Shown here: positions 9,209-19,145 of the stretch, one piece after another
How the letters are laid out: every line of letters starts with the position of its first letter
How positions within the stretch are numbered: the stretch's first letter is position 1
DNA from: Escherichia phage vB_EcoP-101114BS3
DNA length: 64,000 nucleotides
Sequence record: MZ234015.1
Strand: one strand, 5' to 3'
Notes under the pieces: generated by a model
Told to the model about the DNA's origin: nothing
Database searches by the model: none
What the model saw: the letters and a program-made list of their open reading frames with translations, nothing else
Program-made: the position numbers and the translations under genes

Positions 9209-9529
9209 TCAGATTGATTTGTCCTTATGTAAACGGTATACTTCAGTAGCCATACAAGCTATACGCTCGTCATGTGGGAGATGCATACCAGTAGAGCCGT
9301 TCCATCCTTCGAACTCTGAATCAAAGAATCCAATAGGCTCGGGATACATCTCTTGCAAGGTGGTTAAGTCATCAGCCACTTGTTGCCACTTATCGTCAGA
9401 CCAGATTGGGTCATCCAACCAATAATACAAATAGGAGTGGATAAGCATCTGTGTTCTATGTCGTTTAATCACTTCAGCAGGACTGATTTCATTTCCGTTA
9501 CCAGTCCTAAATGTATTATTGTTGATCAT
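9209..9529 (-). CDS. hypothetical protein with LigA domain-Ia-like motif
   Basis: SYLYYWLDDPIWSDDKWQQVADDL resembles YLYHVMDAPEIPDAEYDRL of NAD-dependent ligase domain Ia; only 106 aa. Confidence 0.4.
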   Translation of the reverse strand: MINNNTFRTGNGNEISPAEVIKRHRTQMLIHSYLYYWLDDPIWSDDKWQQVADDLTTLQEMYPEPIGFFDSEFEGWNGSTGMHLPHDERIACMATEVYRLHKDKSI

Positions 9530-10005
9530 TCCAAAACCCTTTCTTCTAAATCATAAAAGATTTGATTTGTCCCATTATTCTCAACAAGCACTGTTCCATT
9601 ATCTAGCAGGGTAGCAACTTGGGAATAAGGAATGTTCTTTAACATCAGAGCATTAATGGTCGGCTTGTTTTTGAAGTAAGCGACAGGCTCAACATAGAAG
9701 GAAATCCCACGACTTCCTTTAATTGGGGTGCTTGAAGATAGAACCCAAATTGTTTCTGGCTTGTCTATTTCCTTTTCAACACCAACCTCAACAAGAGAGT
9801 CAGCAGCGAAACCTACAGGACGCCTAGAAGAACCAAGCAACCGAACATATCCCGGTAATTTTGACATATTAGACCAACTACCAGTGTTTTCATTAAACAC
9901 AGGTCTTACATCACCATATGCCCAAACCAGATTATCATAGTCACGGGCTATGTATTTAACCCAATCAGGAACATCATACTCCCTTCCTTCAAAAATAGCT
10001 TTCAT
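9526..10005 (-). CDS. hypothetical protein
   Basis: 159-aa ORF. Confidence 0.5.
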   Translation of the reverse strand: MKAIFEGREYDVPDWVKYIARDYDNLVWAYGDVRPVFNENTGSWSNMSKLPGYVRLLGSSRRPVGFAADSLVEVGVEKEIDKPETIWVLSSSTPIKGSRGISFYVEPVAYFKNKPTINALMLKNIPYSQVATLLDNGTVLVENNGTNQIFYDLEERVLE

Positions 10006-10200
10006 TTAGATAACCTTGTGCTTATAGATGTTAGGGTTGTAGTAATGCAACCAGTTTATGTATTGTTTCTGTTCAAGGTAGTGTCTGCAATCATGACAAA
10101 AAGCATGACCCAAACCTGTTTCCTCGTTCAGCTTGAAGTTGATAAGAAGCTTCTGCTTTTGACAGAAGCTACATGCTTTAGTGGGCTTCACGTAATGCAT
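10006..10200 (-). CDS. small Cys-rich (zinc-ribbon-like) protein
   Basis: CSFC...CHDC motifs; start uncertain because the long ORF overlaps thyX. Confidence 0.35.
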   Translation of the reverse strand: MHYVKPTKACSFCQKQKLLINFKLNEETGLGHAFCHDCRHYLEQKQYINWLHYYNPNIYKHKVI

Positions 10201-10828
10201 CCCATGAGATTGGGAAAAGTTTACGAAGCTCTTCATCAACAGTTGATGCGAACACTCGTACTTCATACTGAGCATGGTCGGACAGTCGCTGACGACATAA
10301 CTCTGACCAGCCATATAAAGAACCTGTCCACACCCACTCAGTGATCATACCTTGAGGTAGAACGAATCGGGCTTGCTCTGGAGCAATAAACTTAATCAAC
10401 TCATCATATGACTCAAGAGCTGTTTCATATGCCCGATTAATCAGAACTAGTGCAGAGTTTTGCGCTCCCGTGGTGAGGAGATTCCCCGCACCTGCATGGA
10501 GGTCCGAAGGTCTTTCAAAAATCTCTTTAGGGATGAAGAGTTCAACTGCTCCATCTTTATACCGCCGGGACATTTCGTTCCACGAGAATCCAACTTGATG
10601 CTTGCCCAGCTGTCTCGCAATTGCGATTGGCGCTTTGCATCGGAAGCTAATTGTCGGATGGCGGAATGGTGTGACATGCTTTTCTCTGGCAAGGAACTTG
10701 ATAAGGCGTTCATCTCGTTCATTTAACTCTCCTTCACGAGTAACCCCAAAGGAAACTCGAGCTGCATTAACAACAGATTTATCAGAACCCATTGCTTCAA
10801 TTAGTGTTGCTTGTAATTGTTCGTTCAT
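10178..10828 (-). CDS. thyX: flavin-dependent thymidylate synthase ThyX-like
   Basis: ThyX-like APIAIARQ...H..GFSWNEMSRRY; canonical RHR is KHQ here. Confidence 0.8.
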   Translation of the reverse strand: MNEQLQATLIEAMGSDKSVVNAARVSFGVTREGELNERDERLIKFLAREKHVTPFRHPTISFRCKAPIAIARQLGKHQVGFSWNEMSRRYKDGAVELFIPKEIFERPSDLHAGAGNLLTTGAQNSALVLINRAYETALESYDELIKFIAPEQARFVLPQGMITEWVWTGSLYGWSELCRQRLSDHAQYEVRVFASTVDEELRKLFPISWDALREAH

Positions 10829-10842
10829 CCTTGAATTCTTCC

Positions 10843-11058
10843 TTAGTAATGAATCTTTTTATAAATCAGGTTGCTTCCACTTTCTGTTTCAATCCCTTTC
10901 TGGATTGTAATCTTAGAAGCACCGGTATTAGCAATTTTTAAAGCTCGTTTAAAGCGGCGAGCCTCTCTCCGTGTTGTGTATGAGGAGAAGCTAGGGATTG
11001 TACTATCAAAATTAAACCACTTAACTACCCAAAAAGTAATCCAAGGTTTCTTTTCCAT
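10843..11058 (-). CDS. small protein, TRQEAR-motif family (3 copies)
   Basis: Paralog of 12923..13138 and 13138..13350. Confidence 0.5.
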   Translation of the reverse strand: MEKKPWITFWVVKWFNFDSTIPSFSSYTTRREARRFKRALKIANTGASKITIQKGIETESGSNLIYKKIHY

Positions 11059-11059
11059 A

Positions 11060-11335
11060 TTAAATACCTTTCAGAGCTGTATCTAAAAACGCACGGAGGT
11101 TTGATTCAGTTTGCATACCGGACAAGCTGTAGTGAGCACCACTGTTCATGTTAGGAACCACAAAGGCTGGGATACTGCGAACACCATATTCAATGGCTCG
11201 CTCTCGACCATTACCTTCAGAGATATTTACTTCTTCAACTTCTACGTTGTAATCAGCTACAACTTTCTTAAACACAGGAGCCATAGCTGCACACGGAGCA
11301 CAGGAATTACTATAAAACTTAATTACTTTACTCAT
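11060..11335 (-). CDS. thioredoxin/glutaredoxin-like protein
   Basis: CAPC active-site motif near N-terminus; start moved to MSKVIKFY with AAGGA RBS. Confidence 0.7.
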   Translation of the reverse strand: MSKVIKFYSNSCAPCAAMAPVFKKVVADYNVEVEEVNISEGNGRERAIEYGVRSIPAFVVPNMNSGAHYSLSGMQTESNLRAFLDTALKGI

Positions 11336-11525
11336 TTTATTCCTTGTTAATAAACAGATTGATATGACGTTGGGTAGCAGGAACAACAATAAAAGATTTA
11401 TACTGACCTTTTGCTAAGTCATGAGCAATCTTCTTTGTCTGACTAAGACCCATTACACAGCCACTAACAATAATAGCATGTGCTTGTAGCTCTTCAGGTA
11501 GGTTTAGTTTCACTCTTTGGGTTCC

Positions 11526-11711
11526 TTATAGCATACAAAGAATAATAACAAGAGGTAGTGTTATAGCAAAATGTACCAGAACAACACTACCTAGCTTGAT
11601 AGCTTTAACATCCTCTTCTGCTGGGTTTTCTTTAATTGCTAAATTTCGAGCTTTATATATAACAGTACCAACTATTAACGACCACACGGCCCACACAATC
11701 AGTGAAATCAT
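11526..11711 (-). CDS. small membrane protein, tandem paralog
   Basis: Two predicted TM helices; similar to 11721..11942. Confidence 0.45.
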   Translation of the reverse strand: MISLIVWAVWSLIVGTVIYKARNLAIKENPAEEDVKAIKLGSVVLVHFAITLPLVIILCML

Positions 11712-11720
11712 ATCAAACCC

Positions 11721-11942
11721 TTATGCAGTCAACAGGTGGAGAAGGAAAGGAATGACAACAGAGAAGACTACCAGAGCAATGCTGCCATGTTTAATGGGTT
11801 TAGCGTCATTCGGGTTCTCTTTAAGCATCTGTTTCTGAGCTACATAAACGATACCGCCAACAAAAATTGCCCATACAGACCATACGATTGCTGAAAACAT
11901 ACTCATATCCTTATAAAGAAGTTCGCCCCACCTCTTGAACAA
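11721..11942 (-). CDS. small membrane protein, tandem paralog
   Basis: VWSVWAIFVGG...KENPNDAKPIKHGS pattern shared with 11526..11711. Confidence 0.45.
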   Translation of the reverse strand: MFKRWGELLYKDMSMFSAIVWSVWAIFVGGIVYVAQKQMLKENPNDAKPIKHGSIALVVFSVVIPFLLHLLTA

Positions 11943-11963
11943 AGAGACAGGGCGGAGGTTTGA

Positions 11964-12530
11964 TTAGTAAGACACATCACCACTGGAGTGGGACATGTTG
12001 CTCTTGACGAAGTAACAGAACTTGCCAAGACCTTCATTAATTTCTTGAAGCATACTCTGGTCCACTGGATAGGTGCACAAGTCTGAATCAAACTCATCCA
12101 TCTTCTCAATGATACACATAAGAGTCATGCACATGTCGGAAAGCATACCGTCCATGTCAAGATCAGCGTTACCTTCTCGGAACCAAGCATGACCTAAATA
12201 ATTACTAGCAGTAGCATCCACTTTAACACAATGAAAGCGCATACGCTCTGCTATTCGGTCGCCTGCCTCACGAGCATAATCTTCTAGTTCATCGAACATA
12301 CCATGAACACCTTGGAAACCAGCTCCAGAGACGTTCCAGTGGTAGTTCTTTGCTTTGATGTGTAGAAGTTCAAGGTTAGCTTGCACACCACACAAGATGT
12401 GTTCTAAGCTGTTACCGCTAATCAGTTTATTCATTCCCTCAAGACGAGAGATAGAAGAGTCAGTAGCAGAGAATGGGTTGCTAGAACCCACTCGTGTTAG
12501 TTCTGGTAAGTCGAAGACATTATTATGCAT
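11964..12530 (-). CDS. Dps/ferritin-like protein
   Basis: HWNVSGAGFQGVHGMFDE...AER matches Dps ferroxidase-site signature; start uncertain (12530 or 12434). Confidence 0.5.
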   Translation of the reverse strand: MHNNVFDLPELTRVGSSNPFSATDSSISRLEGMNKLISGNSLEHILCGVQANLELLHIKAKNYHWNVSGAGFQGVHGMFDELEDYAREAGDRIAERMRFHCVKVDATASNYLGHAWFREGNADLDMDGMLSDMCMTLMCIIEKMDEFDSDLCTYPVDQSMLQEINEGLGKFCYFVKSNMSHSSGDVSY

Positions 12531-12870
12531 TAGGTGCATCCCCTTCTAAGTTAGTTGAATTAGCTACATTACGAGCAATGTTATCCATGACCTGCTGTGT
12601 AATAACAATGCAATTCTGAGGGTCTACTGATTTAGAACGCCCCATCTCAGGGTCATAGACTTTGACTCGCTTGGCTGTTGAGCCAGTAACTTGCAACACT
12701 TTGAGAAGATAGCCTTGGTTTCCAATAGACCATGCAACAACATCACGATTCTTGATATAACGACCAAGCATGTCACGATGATAGAACTGCTGCATAACTT
12801 TAGCTTTGCTAATCTCTTCAGATGGCGGGGCCACTTTACTCAAATCTAACATAACTCTCTCCTGTTTCAT
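12523..12870 (-). CDS. hypothetical protein
   Basis: 115-aa ORF. Confidence 0.5.
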   Translation of the reverse strand: MKQERVMLDLSKVAPPSEEISKAKVMQQFYHRDMLGRYIKNRDVVAWSIGNQGYLLKVLQVTGSTAKRVKVYDPEMGRSKSVDPQNCIVITQQVMDNIARNVANSTNLEGDAPNA

Positions 12871-12922
12871 ACAATATTCTTATACTGTATATACATTTGA
12901 GAGTTATCATATCTACTACCAA

Positions 12923-13138
12923 CTAGTAATAAACCTTGCTGGATATGAATCCAGCACTGTTATGGATATTTTCAATCCAACGATGAATCTCCACCTTTTC
13001 AGCGATTCCTAAAGCTTTTGTAGCTTTTATAGTTTTCTTAGCAAGACGAGCCTCTTGTCTTGTGTTGAATAATTGAATACAATCACCACCAAGAGCTTTG
13101 TTAGCCCATTTAGTACGAACTGCCCATAATTTATCCAT
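12923..13138 (-). CDS. small protein, TRQEAR-motif family
   Basis: NTRQEARLAKK...KVYY C-terminus. Confidence 0.5.
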   Translation of the reverse strand: MDKLWAVRTKWANKALGGDCIQLFNTRQEARLAKKTIKATKALGIAEKVEIHRWIENIHNSAGFISSKVYY

Positions 13139-13350
13139 TAGTAATGTACCTTTCCGCTGATATAGAAACGACCTGATTTAAAGTCTTGAGCTTTGTGGAT
13201 AGTGATCTTATTAATTGTGCTTTCACAACTTAATAAGAACTTCTTATGAGCGCGAGCTTCTTGACGGGTATTCCTAATACCCATTGACTCTGTACCACTG
13301 CTCCAGTGAATACGAACTACCCAACGTCTTTTCATTGTTCCAAACTCCAC
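13138..13350 (-). CDS. small protein, TRQEAR-motif family
   Basis: NTRQEARAHKK...KVHY C-terminus. Confidence 0.5.
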   Translation of the reverse strand: MEFGTMKRRWVVRIHWSSGTESMGIRNTRQEARAHKKFLLSCESTINKITIHKAQDFKSGRFYISGKVHY

Positions 13351-13541
13351 TATCTGTCAACCGATTTAGGGACAAACTGCATTACACAGACCTGACTACG
13401 AGGGAGATTTATTTCACAAGCGGCTCTTCTCGTCTCAATCTTAACGCTAGAATCTGGACCAACGTTAGATATAAATACTCCCATAGCAAATGCCCCAACT
13501 ACAAAACCTATAGCTAAGTAAGTAGCTTTTTCTTCTTTCAT
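13350..13541 (-). CDS. small membrane protein
   Basis: 63 aa with hydrophobic helix. Confidence 0.4.
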   Translation of the reverse strand: MKEEKATYLAIGFVVGAFAMGVFISNVGPDSSVKIETRRAACEINLPRSQVCVMQFVPKSVDR

Positions 13542-13546
13542 CTTGG

Positions 13547-14080
13547 TTATACACCCTTAGATGCAACTACACCATTACTGCCGTTGTATCGACCCTTCAC
13601 TGCATAAGAGTCATCACCAGCGTGAGAGTGTTCGAACATAACCATTTGACCAACACGCATCCCAGCACGAACTCGTAAGCTATGATTATGGGTAACGTTA
13701 TGAAATTCAAAGGTTAGTTTACTGCTGTTAAACCCTGCATCAGCCCAACCAGCATGGAGGTGGTTTAAACCACAACGAGCCATTGAGGAGCGAAGTACAA
13801 ACAGGCTTGAGATGTTATCTGGAAGGTTAAACTCTTCCATTGAGTGCGCTAAGAAGAATTGCCCCGGAGTGATAACAATACCATCTTCAGGGATTTTTAC
13901 TTCTTTCCACTTGAGGTTTTCTTTAGCATCAATGTCAACAATTCCGTCAGCCTGTTCTTCAACAAGGATAGTATCACCAATACGGATATCCACGCTAGCA
14001 GCGTTAACATATTTATGCTCCGCATCTAAAAAGCCATTATCAATAACGCTGTGTAATTCTTGAGAACCTAAAAGACTCAT
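13547..14080 (-). CDS. dcd: dCTP deaminase (dUTPase superfamily)
   Basis: Dcd-like LRSSMARCGL and C-terminal pattern, 177 aa. Confidence 0.8.
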   Translation of the reverse strand: MSLLGSQELHSVIDNGFLDAEHKYVNAASVDIRIGDTILVEEQADGIVDIDAKENLKWKEVKIPEDGIVITPGQFFLAHSMEEFNLPDNISSLFVLRSSMARCGLNHLHAGWADAGFNSSKLTFEFHNVTHNHSLRVRAGMRVGQMVMFEHSHAGDDSYAVKGRYNGSNGVVASKGV

Positions 14081-15540
14081 GAGTTTCTGTTTCCTTGTAC
14101 AGATGATGCCAAATTATTAATCATGTTACGAGCTGTTTCACGAGATAGTGTAACACCTGCTAAGTTGTTATGAAGCTCACCAGATAGCTCACGAGCAGCA
14201 GCTCGAAGTTCTGTACCAAGTGTAGTATCGGAGTGAGCCAAACCATTACGACGACTATAAGGTCGAGGAGCTTCGTTAGCGTCATTAGCCAATGATGCAA
14301 AACCAATATGAGCAGCTTCACGAGACGCTATAGTTGACACTCGATCTTCCGTAGGGGTTGGCAAATCACCAACTTCTACACGTTCTATATCACCAGCACG
14401 TAGACCCTGAACGACTGAGCTTACTGTTTCCCATGAACGACGAGAACGCTGTAAATCACCCATTGACGGAGAAGAAGCAGGTCGAACAGTTACTCCACCT
14501 GTATCATGAGTGACATGCCATGTACGAGTATCCATTCCAGAAGAGCGTGCACTACCAAAACTGCCAGTGAAAGTGTCACGAGGTGCCATTGTAGGAGGAA
14601 CTGCGAATCTTTCCTGTTGCCAAGAATCGCGTCTGTTAGTTCCCGGAGTCCAAGGCTGCGTGATTGCTTCAGCACCTATAGTGGTTAATCCGCTAGACCA
14701 TTCTGTCTGTAGGTTAACTTCCTCGTCCAGATAACTACGACCCCTTTCCTGAGGAATGTTTAATATAGTTTCCATCATCTTCAGGGTATAATGACGACGC
14801 TGATTCTGATATAAATTTACACCAGCCATAGGTCCAACTAAATCACTAATCAGGTGAACTTCTGGCTCACCGAAAGCTCCCATTGCAAGGTGCATATATT
14901 CGGTAGAACTGCTATAAACTGCAACAGTTGCTTCAGGCCACTTCTTGTGAACATACTTCATTTCACGACCAGATACCACAGGAATGTCACGAGTGTATGA
15001 CATTGCAAACAAACCTTCGTTTGACACATACATGTCATCAAGAGACATGAACCCCTGACAGATCATAGGAAAGCGACGGCTTAAAGTATCCATATCCAAA
15101 GGTAGATTAATCATCATCTGGATTTTAACTTGATCAATCTCAATTTCCAGAATCTCTTGGAAAGTGAAAAGTGCTTCAGCGTAAGTTGTCCCACTAACAG
15201 GCTGAACTAGGCGAGATGTAGTTTGAAGCCCTTTACTCTCTGTCCAAGACAAGAAGTTGTCAAGGAACAGTGCAGCATTCATCACGTTAGCAGGGTTGTT
15301 TTCCTGACGGGTGTTCCAACGAAACCCTCCTTGGACTAGGAAGATATCCACATCATTCGGAGTTCGGTTCTGGAAGAACGTATCACGGATAGCACCACCT
15401 GCAATAACAGGGTAGATACCATCAGGAACTACGTTGTCTCTGATCAGATTGCGAATCAGATCAAGCCCTACGCTGAGGGCTTCTCCTTCTTGAAGGTTTA
15501 ATTCAGACAATGGAATCTTAATCATTTCTACATTTTCCAA
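14077..15540 (-). CDS. Pol-beta-superfamily nucleotidyltransferase (CCA-adding-enzyme-like head) with long low-complexity C-terminal region
   Basis: VIAGGAIRD...DVDIF motif; C-terminal ~180 aa Ser/Arg/Thr-rich. Confidence 0.55.
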   Translation of the reverse strand: MENVEMIKIPLSELNLQEGEALSVGLDLIRNLIRDNVVPDGIYPVIAGGAIRDTFFQNRTPNDVDIFLVQGGFRWNTRQENNPANVMNAALFLDNFLSWTESKGLQTTSRLVQPVSGTTYAEALFTFQEILEIEIDQVKIQMMINLPLDMDTLSRRFPMICQGFMSLDDMYVSNEGLFAMSYTRDIPVVSGREMKYVHKKWPEATVAVYSSSTEYMHLAMGAFGEPEVHLISDLVGPMAGVNLYQNQRRHYTLKMMETILNIPQERGRSYLDEEVNLQTEWSSGLTTIGAEAITQPWTPGTNRRDSWQQERFAVPPTMAPRDTFTGSFGSARSSGMDTRTWHVTHDTGGVTVRPASSPSMGDLQRSRRSWETVSSVVQGLRAGDIERVEVGDLPTPTEDRVSTIASREAAHIGFASLANDANEAPRPYSRRNGLAHSDTTLGTELRAAARELSGELHNNLAGVTLSRETARNMINNLASSVQGNRNS

Positions 15541-16076
15541 TTTAGAGATGGGGGATTCTTATAATCAAATCCAGCCATTTGGCAAAGACACATGTAAACC
15601 TTAACTGTCAAGTTAACGTCTTGCTCACAATACGTGAACATGTCTTCAGTGAATGCATCCCATGCTTCTTCCTGTTCACCATAATCACCCTTCAGCTCTC
15701 CCAGAAATTCGCCCCATTGCTTGAGGCCATGACCGCGAGGGCCATGTCTAGGGTCGCCTTTGGGGTATTCTGGACTATCACCAATACGGTCAGGCTTGAG
15801 ATATCTACTCAGGCACAAAGTATCGAAGACGTTAAAGCGAAAAGGTATCACATGAGAATAAAACTTAAACAAAGCAGGAAGGTCAAAATCAATAATATTG
15901 TGACCTATTACTACATCAGCTTCTTTCAGTTTGTGTAGTGCTTCTTCAATTTGGTGAGGGCGATACCCCCACCGCTCTCCAGATAATACATCAAATATCC
16001 AGATACACCAGACATTCTGAATACCATCATAGAGATTATCACCCTCGATATCAAACGCATACAGTTTCTTTACCAC
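15528..16076 (-). CDS. 3'-5' exonuclease (DnaQ-like), stand-alone
   Basis: Exo I FDIEGD, Exo [10 protein letters not shown], Exo III YCEQD. Confidence 0.8.
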   Translation of the reverse strand: MVKKLYAFDIEGDNLYDGIQNVWCIWIFDVLSGERWGYRPHQIEEALHKLKEADVVIGHNIIDFDLPALFKFYSHVIPFRFNVFDTLCLSRYLKPDRIGDSPEYPKGDPRHGPRGHGLKQWGEFLGELKGDYGEQEEAWDAFTEDMFTYCEQDVNLTVKVYMCLCQMAGFDYKNPPSLNWKM

Positions 16077-17860
16077 GGACGTGCCTCCCCTTCCTGTGCA
16101 AGTAAGGAAGCTGCATCCTCTCCATTGGTAACGGTAAAAGGATGCTCTTCATCAACTTCATGATCTTCTCGTTCTACAAGACGACCTGTTTCGTTAATGT
16201 ATTTGGTATAGCAAACCCCTGTCTGTCCATAGTTACGCTCTTTGAGCAGTCGTATGATTGACAAGTTTTTACCTAACCCATCCGCTTGTTTGTTACGTTC
16301 AAAACCAATAATACACTGACACCAGCGCATCAATGAACGTGAACCAGTAAACTGTACTTCTTTAACCTGACCACCTTCTTCGTGAGGTGCACCACCTGCC
16401 GGAGCGTTCAAGTGAGATAATACAAAAGCAGTGAAGTCTAATTCCTTACACATACCAGCAAGCTCTGAAGCAATCTTGCTGATTTCTGTGTTTACCTCAG
16501 ATGGGGTTAAGTGAGATACCAATGCAGTGATGTTATCAAGAATGATAAATTTACACTGATTCTCAACTACCCAAAAGCGAATACACTGCTTAATGTCTTC
16601 CCACTCGTTCTGCCCAAAGTTGTCATACAAGAAAAACTTATCAGCGTATCGAAGTGCTTCATCTCGTAGCTGGCTTTCTTCGTACTCAACATCTGGTCGG
16701 TGGAATGGAATAGATGCAGATTTACCTGCAATGTTCTTAACAGACATGCCTACCTTCTCTTCCAAGAAGAAGCCACCACCATTAAAACCATGCTCAAGGC
16801 AAAGCCATGCTACTAGTTCGTGTGCGATTAAGGTTTTACCTGAACCAACACCACCGCCGATTGCAACCATCTCTCCCCAACGAATACCAAAGGTCATGTC
16901 GTTAAGAGTTTTCCACGGATAAGGAATACCCCATTCCGCTTTCTTCAGAGCATCTTCGAGGCAATCAAAAACTGTAACAGCTCCAGCAGGAGATTCCCGC
17001 TTAGCTGAATATTTCAGATTGTTGAAAAGCTCTTGACCTCTCCCTGCAAGTAACATGTCGTTTGCATCTTTGATTTCCTTTTCTTGTCCGTTATAAGTGA
17101 ACGTACCTTTTGGAATCCTTGCAAACTTAACATGCGGGTACAGAGAACGACCCTTAGTTAAAGCAATCTCACCTGCATCATCATTGTCCATGCAGAGTAC
17201 AATCTCCTCGAAACCATTAATAAAATCACGGTTTCTTGATAATACAGAAGAGATTGAACCTGCACCGAACGGAAGAGAGACGCAAGCAGGTTTGATGTTA
17301 GTTGCGTTTGTAAACGCGGTAAGTACGTGGAACCCAGACATACAAGAGAGAGGATCTTCAAAGATGAAGAGTTTCTTGTTGTATACGTCACCACGTTGTG
17401 CTTGAGCCATACCAAACAAGTCGGCTTCTTTCACATTACCTACATAATAGAACTTCTTGCTGTCTAGAAGTTTTACTTCATATCCAACAATGTTCCCATC
17501 ACGTTCACGAGGGAAGAAGTAGCTGTCAGGAGTTTGACCATCTGTTTGGCTTAAACCGATACGGCATCCATAACGTTCAGATACAGCTTTAGGAATTAAG
17601 CGACGAGTCAACTCTCCCTGAGGAAGCTCTAAGCAATCGTCTAAGACTTCTCGGAGTTCTTCAGGGGACAGCTCTTTCTTTTCATTAGGAGTGGGCGTCG
17701 TTCCTTTCTCGAAGATTTCATACGCACCACATCTGTTACATGAACCCCACTCCTCACCGGACTCTTCATTTCGGAAGAGAATCATGTGATTGCGGGTCTT
17801 ATCACGACCATGAGAGATACACTCTTTACAGCCTGTGTCTCCCAAAATGATCTTTGACAT
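16070..17860 (-). CDS. primase-helicase (T7 gp4-like)
   Basis: N-terminal Cys4 zinc finger, TOPRIM-like region, Walker [10 protein letters not shown]. Confidence 0.85.
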   Translation of the reverse strand: MSKIILGDTGCKECISHGRDKTRNHMILFRNEESGEEWGSCNRCGAYEIFEKGTTPTPNEKKELSPEELREVLDDCLELPQGELTRRLIPKAVSERYGCRIGLSQTDGQTPDSYFFPRERDGNIVGYEVKLLDSKKFYYVGNVKEADLFGMAQAQRGDVYNKKLFIFEDPLSCMSGFHVLTAFTNATNIKPACVSLPFGAGSISSVLSRNRDFINGFEEIVLCMDNDDAGEIALTKGRSLYPHVKFARIPKGTFTYNGQEKEIKDANDMLLAGRGQELFNNLKYSAKRESPAGAVTVFDCLEDALKKAEWGIPYPWKTLNDMTFGIRWGEMVAIGGGVGSGKTLIAHELVAWLCLEHGFNGGGFFLEEKVGMSVKNIAGKSASIPFHRPDVEYEESQLRDEALRYADKFFLYDNFGQNEWEDIKQCIRFWVVENQCKFIILDNITALVSHLTPSEVNTEISKIASELAGMCKELDFTAFVLSHLNAPAGGAPHEEGGQVKEVQFTGSRSLMRWCQCIIGFERNKQADGLGKNLSIIRLLKERNYGQTGVCYTKYINETGRLVEREDHEVDEEHPFTVTNGEDAASLLAQEGEARPW

Positions 17861-17895
17861 GCTCTATCCTCCTTGGAATTCCTTGAGCAATCTTC

Positions 17896-18102
17896 TTAGT
17901 AAAACGATCGTATTTCTTCCCACACATCATCTTGCAAGTTTCTAAAACCCTGCAAGGTTTGCTTTGTTCTGTGAATAAATTCTTCAGAGTGCTTATCAGG
18001 TGTGAGCATACTGACAAACTTTTCATAGCGATTAATCTTCCACCGCATCTTCAAGTAGTCAGATTCCAGCTTTCTTAACTTCTGCCTGTCAGTTACTGTC
18101 AT
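17896..18102 (-). CDS. hypothetical protein
   Basis: Start moved to MTVTD to limit overlap with upstream gene. Confidence 0.35.
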   Translation of the reverse strand: MTVTDRQKLRKLESDYLKMRWKINRYEKFVSMLTPDKHSEEFIHRTKQTLQGFRNLQDDVWEEIRSFY

Positions 18103-18520
18103 CCTTCTCACCTGCCAGATATGCTGTCCAGTCACCAGATTCAACCAGAACATCTTGTTCTTCGTCGATGTGATAAATCCACGCTTCCACAGTTTCACCG
18201 CTGTCCAATAATACTGGAATCAGTGTACGCTTGTAAAAGGTGTATGGGTTATCATTACCACGATGACCTTCCAGACCGTCATACGGACCTTCCAGACCAG
18301 CTTGGGTTGTTTCAAAGACTTCTACACGAACAGGCTTACCATTGCTGTCATGCTCCAAAGATACACTTGGGAAGTATGCTGTGCAATACTGATACAGGTT
18401 ACAGTTGTTTACTGTCCACCCTTCACCAATAGACACACCACCTGCACGAGCATTGATAGCGTGGTTGTGTTGACCTTTACGAAGAGAACCATACGTTGCA
18501 ACTAATACTTTATCAGACAT
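18089..18520 (-). CDS. gamma-glutamyl cyclotransferase-like (AIG2/GGCT fold) protein
   Basis: N-terminal VATYGSLRKGQ motif typical of GGCT/AIG2-like proteins. Confidence 0.6.
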   Translation of the reverse strand: MSDKVLVATYGSLRKGQHNHAINARAGGVSIGEGWTVNNCNLYQYCTAYFPSVSLEHDSNGKPVRVEVFETTQAGLEGPYDGLEGHRGNDNPYTFYKRTLIPVLLDSGETVEAWIYHIDEEQDVLVESGDWTAYLAGEKDDSN

Positions 18521-18524
18521 TACA

Positions 18525-18722
18525 TTACCTTTTGTTTAAAATTTCTTTTGTACAAGAAGTCCCGTTACACACGAGAACTGTTTGAGTTATAGAATCGACA
18601 ACTGTTACATGGCTGCCGCATTGAGTTATGATTTGACCTCTCCCTGAATCTTTAGAGATGCATTCATCAGCGGCGATCGCTGACACACTGAATAAGGAGA
18701 GGAAAAATAGAATCTTTTTCAT
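18525..18722 (-). CDS. small secreted Cys-rich protein
   Basis: Signal peptide MKKILFFLSLFSVSAIAA; 4 Cys in ~45-aa mature part. Confidence 0.5.
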   Translation of the reverse strand: MKKILFFLSLFSVSAIAADECISKDSGRGQIITQCGSHVTVVDSITQTVLVCNGTSCTKEILNKR

Positions 18723-18728
18723 GGCTGC

Positions 18729-19145
18729 TTACCAATCATGTTGGAAACCAGAATATCCAGAGAAGATGATTGATCGGATTGGCTTTTCAGGGAATCCTTC
18801 AAAACATCCCTTAATGGCTTTCTTGGTTTCATCAGAAATTGACTCTTTTTCACCAAACCAATATTCTTCAAAAATATCAGAGAAGATATAAGTTCGGTAT
18901 CTTTCCAAGTCATAAAAACCTTCCACTGCACTTGTAACAGCTCTACTAATTACACTTGAAGCTACAGGAAATAAGTCACCGTGTTCCAGAAACAAGCACC
19001 AACGATCAAAGAGAGGAATCTCTTCATCTTTCAGAAGACTTTCTAACTCTTCCTTTGCCTCTTTCTTGTGCTTCTCAAAGAGGTTTTTGGAATACTCTAC
19101 ATCTAAGATACGACTTTTAAACATATCCAGTTTATTATTAACCAT
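18729..19145 (-). CDS. hypothetical protein
   Basis: 138-aa ORF. Confidence 0.5.
   Translation of the reverse strand: MVNNKLDMFKSRILDVEYSKNLFEKHKKEAKEELESLLKDEEIPLFDRWCLFLEHGDLFPVASSVISRAVTSAVEGFYDLERYRTYIFSDIFEEYWFGEKESISDETKKAIKGCFEGFPEKPIRSIIFSGYSGFQHDW

Noticed and set aside
10006-10314. Full-length 102-aa ORF 10006..10314
   Set aside because: The first 136 nt overlap the 3' end of thyX; a shorter product from an internal Met is more plausible, but the start remains uncertain.
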